DNA from: Elusimicrobiota bacterium
Lineage (GTDB): Bacteria; Elusimicrobiota; Elusimicrobia; F11
Assembly: GCA_046153645.1 (NCBI GenBank)
Contig: JBJXGI010000067.1
Location: 1-30,483, forward strand
Direction: 5' to 3'
Length of the DNA: 30,483 nt
The position numbers and the translations under genes are program-made. The notes under the pieces are model-generated. The model was not told the origin of the DNA and made no database searches. It was given only the letters and a program-made list of their open reading frames with translations. Shown here in pieces: positions 28,601 to 30,483 of this stretch. How positions within the stretch are numbered: position 1 is the first letter of the stretch; each line of letters opens with the position of its first letter.

Positions 28601-30483
28601 AAATTAGGCGAAGTTCAGGCGTTGACAAAGGAATACGATGAATCTGCAAGACTCACTGTCGGTCAAATGCTTACAGATATCAATAAAAATTATCCTGACT
28701 TAACGAATGAAGAAGTCACCAATCTAATAAAAACAATTGTTCTCATTCAAACAGGAAAAACTGAAAATGTGGACACCTTATCCAAAGTGATTGATGTCAT
28801 TTTATCGGTGTCACCTGTCACTGGTGAAACGGCTGATCTCATTGAAAAATTAACCGACGAATTAACTCCAAAAATAGAAGCCATTGAACTTGAACGAAAT
28901 AAATTGAAGGGATCTCTATCCGAAGAAGATAAAGCAGAAATCCTGACCAAGATCGATAAATTGGAAGGCGCGCTTTTTGATTATTTAATGGACGAATTTA
29001 AAACTGAAATGTCGGATGTGAAGGTGCTAACTGATTTAGAAGCGAAGTTGTCTGCTGTTGAAAATCTACCGTTAAATCAACAAATCAGTGGTTTGGTTGA
29101 TATTCTTATCGCTCCTCGAATGGGCAATGTAAAGGCGGCTGTTCAAAAAGCTTTGGTTGATTCTAAGTTGCCTGAAGCCCAAGTGAATGCCTTGTCAAAC
29201 TTGGCTTCCGATTTCCCATGGTTTGCCGGTTTTATTAAAGATATAAAAATCGAAGATGTGGGATCGATGGATCTAACCACAATGCTTTCTTTGGCTTCTT
29301 TTGATAAACAAAACAAACAAAATATTACACCTGAAAGCGTTGACAGATTTCTTGAACAAGCCAGTTATTTAACTGGTGAGCAAAAAATGGATTTCAGAAG
29401 TCATTTGGCTGGCACTGAAATGACCGCTGATACATGGGATACTCTTTATACGAGATATGAAGAGTATGAGTCCACTGAAAAAGATTGGAGCGCCAACCCC
29501 ACCGTCAATGATTTTAAACCCCAACCTTCAAGCGGCCCCAGAAATTTAGTTCAAGCGCTGGCAGGTGTTAAAAGTGATTATGGTGTTTTACCTGTGGTGT
29601 TAGAAGGGTTGTTTGGAAAAGATCATGATTTAACCAAAGCGGCCAGTGCTATTGCCACTGCTCGCGCTCAAAAGGGAAACACTTTTGTCGACTCAACTGA
29701 CTTTCCTATTGATCCTATTGAGATGACTCGAATTGCTGGTCAATATAAGTTAACCGATCAGCAGTATTCTCGGTTGTACGACTACAAAAAACCAAATCCC
29801 CGTGCTGATTACTTTAACCCCTCGGCATTATTTACTGTTATCACCTCTCAAACGGGAGCCAAAAAAGTTCTTTTTAATAAAGCTGATAAATCTTATTCAT
29901 TACTAGATGAAAACGATCAAGTGATTGGGAAATTAGACTTGTTGGGGAAATCCATTGCTGAAATTACACTCATCAAAAATGGAACGGAATATGGAACGCT
30001 GTATTTCGAATTAGGAACCGGGTTTTCTTTAAAAGATTATTCACTCACAGCAAAACCAGGTTTTGTTCTTCAGGCTACTTTTGAGGGAGAAAACCCCAAT
30101 ACTTGGTTTTCATTCCAAAAAATTGATATCAGAGAGTTAAAAACGGAAAAGATACGATTTGTTTCTGACGATAAAGTTACGAATCCTCGTTTTTCTGATG
30201 CTTTTTTCCCAAGAAAAGAAGGGGGGCGATATGAGAAAAAAGAAAATCGAAAACCAACATTTATTATTGCTCCTGATTTAGAGAATAAGAAGACGGTTGT
30301 TCCCTCTGTTGCCCCTGATAACCAACCGCCAGGAAATGGGGCGGCTCCTGCTAATAAAGCTCCTTCTGTTCCAGTGGTTCCCGAGCCCATGGCAGATCCT
30401 GAAATACCAGAGGCAGAACCAGTTGAATCAGTTGTTGATGAAACACCTTTAGAAGAACCGCAGGTGGTTCCAGTAGCCCCTTC
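10613..30483 (+). CDS. Giant multidomain exported/membrane protein (>6,620 aa, 3'-partial) with zinc-metallopeptidase motif, multiple TM blocks and divergent SecA-like DEAD ATPase
   Basis: ATGATG at 10613 begins MMKNKNIKKLSAIFFSLTYLHVNVLWAASP. I found no in-frame stop up to the last base (...EEPQVVPVAP). The ORF track lists no terminated ORF in this frame, only short off-frame or antisense shadows, which is consistent with one run-off ORF. Confidence 0.95.
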   Translation, partial: MMKNKNIKKLSAIFFSLTYLHVNVLWAASPSLPLPQMVRELALTSSNDPLVQQVKQSTWILYAWNGFSQAILNRIYPSKYSLSVPAQEIFVFHQNAQDWWMKQPKQQDGSSVDKTELGIQREKQGDTQKLDEVRPNASAINNPQTREAAKTLLSTPDAVLSNPGVGAKQMSVEGLAGGDVKNVSDALKSNPIINITEDKTGKTTLFVKGKEGTSFKVELTKGSDGKVTAKFTVEPKTAAKQDSATNLTPKAPSDFKGIQNPSVKDIAKQADVYLPKIGFTGDMKNVNPASIKVEGQFKETSKGIVFEGKISFQTKDGTKHSVQVDNNGKVTEALTLPPVSSAPANPNFATPQQINQLKEDAKGKLPEQVNDIAVNKLGEIVQSKVDAKVAGLENVKAPDTFKALLAEAKAVQPGNAKGKMELSAKVEKINVSLANIGLRIEVVNEGPKAQLVVQKIIGTDELKKSYSLTPAHMSAIDDAKTKLGKPVVFVESITPGVQGLMGLTHVMTQTKTSGDVINARFTEVQNVVIYVSEIKGNTDKVKDGGRSGSSEPLTTMLARTKFPVQLDNLSTGDMIVATVAHEVLGHAALSTTAPARFTELKFDLSGEKQNQAKNIDEGFAHFQQVLTGSPLSVMANLHSLYENENTKDVATLGTIGMEHKQGSTMVMGTLYKQYSEKTGDKSPTYQKLSSYLSNLVKDNKVSDFNAFFKEAAQGYSQEHLKVDLASVVPKAQAITPTNLTPVVDNGPAKVLPNADNIQNPKIRDAVNVLMKNPENLFTKPNIKVEGIKPNDKAALEAVKNPQDIQILEDKKTGDVTLSVVGKNGITAQVEISATPRGQVIARFANVEQKTEDKVDMSAKVSGNFKGIKDPSLDGFRKNAKEYLPKIGFSGDITNIDRTSIKVDGKFVQTDKGLQFVGKVEFKAINGIKYNITSDQKGNIKEEKESTRAGVTQENTRNAGGFIVAQTLFRQGDKETRVNGELKNFKANTQAITRQVFIQSGEGKGEAAPKPAIKLEGAIGEYVIRERGLDTTFKMQNNKVVAMNIVNNETGQVVAQNNHGVMQRINGVEAKEGGIEKRFVVVSGPIFDSKTGASQVRTVSFHDQGETRTVEENNNKQNNGGNNSSESPFPANENLNHVDVGVRVLVHKEKDGKVLVQKKADEDGASMAGMMSLAGNTSQVVSTNRERVSVYVQNNEGVFIHVAKTFDQLSIVRTAKDGKDVTPQKLSSGGVQMPNKANSFLAVLLPQNISAQQKQKLADINIIAHSPFPIQGAIDAVGTIKIQDGKMAEADVKITMPGNKKVNWQESEKISQLEISDGITNIRETFIEAKPGQTYELDRAGNFLPRAGSSSHLDGIKVTGPDGSVVQLSLSKDGKKMEVIVTPSLSPVKVAGRDLALNLTGAVFQDGKIWRQLAKPESFREHDAYVKDTLISKANFDVHYVSVSPMGQTLLSADIKLDRPITLPNNSPEAAAAGGQGNQGGTKLMGSSTPGATSFGFQAQTINGQSVYTPTKGAESRIAAIIAVKTDPDTYSEVKGENGKTAFTAQLNLFAEGSSKISVGAGGFEHAKHKLDEGLEINVNDLGELNIASSDKPGLQITSLNDKSTFIFDANSSARFDQNLNIRSKGVDKGTITFQSAKELFIPQNLADQLKGLKADVKQVRIEEMKAGQQTKTIQEGKVEWKNDSGRDLSFNTKEILGADGTVTIKKGSEFNSSEASLKIIAVGGITFHGKKGQVEVTGPSTVNASMVPEGLEVKVVKPFQRVMNQNGEKVTAPEYQFSAKQGGDAAFVGKVNADGSGHAISKDAVFTTNSLDPTTWHNSMKREKGTIQVFGPSAGEQTKVTLAEGITKQTVQQYHFEYTASSKQPTVSKLQIDEIDGEKGKELKVSQMPGAVEGLGNKDFTGTLKFQTDAKLTLIDGHLRLSTTAKEGAQVLVELDQPRNLSHNNNPQSQAKENLTIQLTKGERNTQIRTDDKTIVGDNGNLVSEQRRTIKTELVKEENIIADAFIVANPSLVEKNGKVISEMSYSNKRDSNGFIRHSNRTEVINKGQTDQEVSITETLGDSKLYKETNGGKWRGNQIFLSETKITGIGKSAEKTSQIFIRNVDSLRVYDKIASVGKDIFQIAQPAGGTPRDSIFGEISKEAITQDHVVMYAPMIKYFKTLAKNNASVKLDGVQYHIKDASFIASAESLAKFKNEDKISLLTPDGSTVEGTISNKEQDRKSTKVDVLFDRKIDQFASSSDSAQGRVFQTGFRFVQEQKVYSQSNAFFLGQVKTDSGENVEFKKSGAGIEFTSPGQFQLLGNTVKAEPSADGQSQKISTVLSESNLGKTAIAFTNQDSIKGTVFHIPERTVTIETGSPESKIQISGKDAQGKYILGLQIDAPSDSDKRNYFVLTSEQSQSTNGSSFVIETGTQLRENSNGAVQILSGSLRVNEGSFLNVGKAFSREEKGNVGIYKPEGGAGGISKAEMVRYEIKDGQMLMKEGRVYVYSDKNVEEPTKAGFLAGTIFDDLDMSGGGDKGFRKFRVLNDDVSFDYAVILGGQRDPQREESASTRYDEYEVGQLNNRLQEKGKGWNPDRSDFVVKKEGDGDVKFLWEGTDKKSKMKLVEAEKSESVTIVLFSSNLFRLGTRTTSFEEKYWLTMDQKTWNLEGGNFTYFNPDPKWTFSLDENKKIQGSFFERSDIYVRGLSSFGRAVAIKSGETRASDYSSILTLKIFSGKVLDRPVQMNTYNLSKYMSGNPSSLISVAVWNPNALGVGKGRYMGSGTETDDKRIVYGGFATVKDLKPITGILVGAIALTTALVTGGGSLAVGISALSGFFSGTSAYQGFLAGSDGMGITMLVLGIVPGVISVIGKYFSSAAATAGGTALRTSTSFLGKSSLNSAFVVPLVKYGYKETAKTLLKVSSATGQVLGGGLQFLIRKVAATQVQKAWDAYKKEGELNSKVWKEAAVALLYIASSEIKVAMQLLGGMSRIPGFAKTADTIGKFSNLSTGTQLLVVAATGFAIGYSVQLISSLQNQSFKRLTSASGFTEFMVNEFIGSALWSGVKTAATFVAALSVLKVFGRFAPAPVAGAKTTSQGWGSAIKAEGALHGSNALAGGAALATYGALSGQSSGSIWTSAKQGAFFGLLIGGIGHAVATTWSKAFGNLKESALAGAAAITKFRLEAGVTVAVWETLIGKGLGLNHWLEKQGEKLGFWKSDPDKDKSASQLNSQAAQERANIDKELSSIESDPDKTPDQKQAESKEVLKGYSKIVALEKKAELKTQHETTGATGLFNAIGLGGKSAKIAGDFVDTTVQMSLMAPAFAFGRVGLSPAGQVGHWARGLQNIANKSFANGHKVTAVLAFTGSKGLQHFVAMPLTFQVFGWVEKGAVAISDEIGIVQVKRENGVRVLEDEKFVAAEGTNQAAIDLISTAGFLFAPTHAPQSRFMKEMSKISSRSDFSVVDLLPGVRNVRQTETRKIAVDLMGKDAAFMENYFGGKYKVSVEEAGIASHMLKNFYYGQDKGKVGSSFIPQETFDFSTGEKGFEGPKSDGLMIARKNGDIEATRLPEQQKAEKSNKPESAPKESEIPAENKTPTGEENTKQPEGKQAEVTDIFDFSPTVEAAKNEGTKNKKDEEAPTTPASLKSEENLQIVLSAQRGETQDVTPDQIKAARDAWGLKEGDVILSFSAADKSTAIAVHLTFMTDGQLTKFIDNTLQGKMPGDKADLEKAAQQAVGILAQRSSSFFGRTEAVINRITDFSGSTHLDAFTRLQLATGAIKGETIDGVRVLKDANVNQLTEDSRSSLLAVAGYEDVQLFDVVLGDQFSVIIAKAEKSYAVDVVTKNTSPRSPPVNKSEASSRNSKTADTATAVLEKPTPLVKTNADLVVTLIEKGVLKKDDLNTVLTFEENGKLGSVQILSDKGRSAVRFDVGKDASEPVVTQLVSRRTVWSLMNEIKAQDGKAHVFLEFVDQSNLLKGGVRNLLDRFSGNRDILVERNADGKISDVVTADGASYSKHLLKTEQLSPAELEVAVTKAESSEGVKKRVTDVFSQKQVDKSVLRRAVRFATGLAGKVGKDNVIFSVVKELRKLDGTVTAQEKGARVRELAKTAETREEKELFNDLISHVDQLACGTCMVGYVEPVMFADAIDRTIARAPRQFGDTVRERIGLERVTNVLNQGSVGLDQLSSMRKQLINDPKSVARLDQLIQMVQNSAAPVRGRVDRIEMRLDNAQARYQAALLKYSQSGFFGAIMAKAGLFLARRNLSILSTSLKVESYRNEISQMKAQLKSSKGEEKDRLEKLISSFEGKIRSVERAAFWGDRKSLDKADALSTQLEGAKLYVSNVEFRAMLKLDFQKDRDQLKNESPALSVRYEKILKLQEENNDSTKPQTDSAKNERFEKIHEETMELRKALGMTPEKLSEVKSLMYKKDTDPADFEKAVSSLFNGKKIENLNAAERFVIANVWMGEFFKFKSEIDEKTIDEKPGNALASGKRIALLTELIQGKVTGLEPGGGKSAVYIAAAAIFAMKKGGENFVQELMVFEGAEAGKYVTDLVKGSEGYGQLFRSFGLEAVDGRNLAGNNLEKAMKVYTPNASGGRKKVVVADLHSRGFLERQIRNDYTSRDLKELMSQYIEALFIDEADGMFNKMSFITSKEGLVASKKDINTVERIVNAVSDVMKLSKKDGSIDFDTPAARKKQFEWGKDKAGYRVFYEAITEAHKRDGMWFTKDGENIVMSDAFKEAVREKLGVGKDKISDGEVEQVLRALTGVGQLRDMKDGGRGRREVSFENIISKEPNAPKEKFHQVTPVSGGKPQFGMIDGSIAFVVAANLFKLRDKNYSQSGLKINKEAIKISESSSAANFVQIASRSIFIAGATGTPATLKFLKEMLGFEISDVYAGSFNQYSVTNVVTGLSSINDIFNQFQIKDATRGRHLYPDGKGAGFKEMALGHLEAKNAVSKYEAIADMIERSFAEGESKGEVTGVGIISTFEADLIGGLKAYIKRIDTEFFDILEAKSQSISGIKPFFDLLSVEAGKVSNPKLADLVKMLHIVHDEVSAKDADGVLITTSVTGDNRGRILLGTQIMERGINLKDGPKSRSNLMVLGYETVTASSLLQALKRTLRNPEDLKSRVVIVSDRSILEARLADARGNDVMLTQKYGRAKGVFGEDKLGDKNLSKLLYEDVKSLSTHELVVLVSMYEDYAELGQKVRFYSREQATAKLLLEPVGQYAMIEQARGRSAGLKSLEKIKSDNLNSTDKTNGNSGLAAKDPRKQAADDFREAAQNAFSALSRIAGDRSISRDIREDALARMVDITSSLFGVKDAAANFDRKTGLYSGARFDSLSFADVSKSMSDRPASQVRDTMLLLSNYLLPTSQRQKTADGVKDAPQRVSVSADASSKTGLAEFVKTADGKTDDGQIDAAKFLGDIAEGKAKFSDSDSNDSRYATVAEQQAYSAYQVTKGMSDDDQKNLLTGLVGLGALDANALKAVGDKKKVALQLMVAWNSLGLSPEEFNARALVDGANNLSSLVRTSLEQRNPAQGAFNTNGNFFTNDLISLKELQGMLVQLTMASDSADAASLKAQDGTILITQRKEILADATLRINGIDTTTPDGRRKASLTPLTQYALTIYNAAQKGKAIEAAQSPLNQLSGGSVIVQGFYMAKLIAGALYNMAFNPARKVKALNKLSLRALSPTFMTTTDQGRAINYQSAMAVFSLVGNVTGKTREAVRGLMDKLTLIDDASNLDPNEQKIPFVDNAINSGTVEDLVNSATSSNDVTQQVKTYLKRGLQQQTEFTKRVPATLKKVLGISTAIVPLLAVQLLTGLGSVAGLALPYILVPLIAFFAVAKFLSFNSVPQEKPKDEGKKSLREKALGGMMSSLTAGNTAGQSTGKLLMGLALPITIAAVFFGAWAVVAAVAVGVAGLAANFTALYVKNGEVRKPILGKLLSIGFLGVFLNTNFEPTQISRGLGVINRLEGDTTRGDPQKKAALDKANAELQEIQNEFQKPDPSQPQNQQNSMGKLMQKLGEVQALTKEYDESARLTVGQMLTDINKNYPDLTNEEVTNLIKTIVLIQTGKTENVDTLSKVIDVILSVSPVTGETADLIEKLTDELTPKIEAIELERNKLKGSLSEEDKAEILTKIDKLEGALFDYLMDEFKTEMSDVKVLTDLEAKLSAVENLPLNQQISGLVDILIAPRMGNVKAAVQKALVDSKLPEAQVNALSNLASDFPWFAGFIKDIKIEDVGSMDLTTMLSLASFDKQNKQNITPESVDRFLEQASYLTGEQKMDFRSHLAGTEMTADTWDTLYTRYEEYESTEKDWSANPTVNDFKPQPSSGPRNLVQALAGVKSDYGVLPVVLEGLFGKDHDLTKAASAIATARAQKGNTFVDSTDFPIDPIEMTRIAGQYKLTDQQYSRLYDYKKPNPRADYFNPSALFTVITSQTGAKKVLFNKADKSYSLLDENDQVIGKLDLLGKSIAEITLIKNGTEYGTLYFELGTGFSLKDYSLTAKPGFVLQATFEGENPNTWFSFQKIDIRELKTEKIRFVSDDKVTNPRFSDAFFPRKEGGRYEKKENRKPTFIIAPDLENKKTVVPSVAPDNQPPGNGAAPANKAPSVPVVPEPMADPEIPEAEPVESVVDETPLEEPQVVPVAP
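11009..11608 (+). repeat. Intragenic protein repeat, copy 1 (~200 aa)
   Basis: VRPNASAINNPQTREAAKTLLSTP...FKGIQNPSVKDIAKQADVYLPKIGFTGDMKNVNPASIKVEGQF...DNNGKVTE aligns with copy 2. Confidence 0.85.
12353..12475 (+). other. Zinc-metallopeptidase-like motif HEVLGH ... DEGFAH
   Basis: 'IVATVAHEVLGHAAL' (HEVLGH at 12353-12370, about aa 581-586) and 'DEGFAH', with Glu at 12461, 31 residues after the second His. Confidence 0.7.
12860..13435 (+). repeat. Intragenic protein repeat, copy 2 (~192 aa)
   Basis: VLPNADNIQNPKIRDAVNVLMKNP...FKGIKDPSLDGFRKNAKEYLPKIGFSGDITNIDRTSIKVDGKF...DQKGNIKE. Confidence 0.85.
18965..20730 (+). other. Gly/Ala-rich hydrophobic helical region (membrane-inserting block 1)
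   Basis: ITGILVGAIALTTALVTGGGSLAVGISALSGFFSG, MGITMLVLGIVPGVISVIG, LLVVAATGFAIGYSVQLI, AATFVAALSVL, ALAGGAALATYGAL, GAFFGLLIGGIGHAVA. Confidence 0.75.
23900..25950 (+). other. Divergent SecA-like SF2 (DEAD) ATPase domain within the giant protein
   Basis: Motifs in SecA order: LEPGGGKS (24068-24091), YGQLFRSFGL, VVVADLHSRGF, LFIDEADG (DEAD at 24458-24469), IAGATGT (25154-25174), KYEAIADMI, GRILLGTQIMERGINL (25763-25810), LMVLG, QALKRTLR (25883-25906). Confidence 0.85.
27944..28396 (+). other. Multi-pass transmembrane block 2 (about 4-5 helices)
   Basis: VLGISTAIVPLLAVQLLTGLG, LALPYILVPLIAFFAVAKFL, LLMGLALPITIAAVFFG, AWAVVAAVAVGVAGLAANF, ILGKLLSIGFLGVFL. Confidence 0.8.

Noticed and set aside
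10749..30390. Numerous short ORFs (60-171 aa) in the track, mostly minus strand, plus + strand 13329, 19725, 23565 and 26316
   Set aside because: All lie antisense or off-frame within the giant ORF and show no recognisable motifs; they are shadow ORFs.

Overview
AT-rich bacterial window with two parts. (1) Bases 1-9287 hold a co-oriented export cluster: a 5'-truncated TolC-family outer-membrane protein with an extra N-terminal domain, two divergent AcrB-type RND transporters and a lipoprotein between them. A small convergent membrane-protein gene follows. (2) From 10613 to the window end, one + strand frame is uninterrupted for more than 19.8 kb (>6,620 aa). The ORF track missed it because it has no stop codon in the window. 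By manual translation, this giant protein has a Sec-type signal peptide, a duplicated ~200-aa domain flanking an HEVLGH...EGFA zinc-metallopeptidase motif, a long beta-rich region, a Gly/Ala-rich hydrophobic block, a lone CxxC, a divergent SecA-like DEAD ATPase, a second multi-TM block and a Pro/Glu-rich linker. This resembles the giant genes described in Omnitrophota-like predatory or host-associated bacteria, but taxonomy cannot be fixed from the sequence alone. The intergenic DNA carries a hairpin-repeat family in two states: an empty 120-bp palindrome (5775-5894) and a copy whose 62-bp inverted arms enclose a deletion-inactivated DUF559 endonuclease gene (9871-10281). All domain calls come from manual motif recognition, not database searches.
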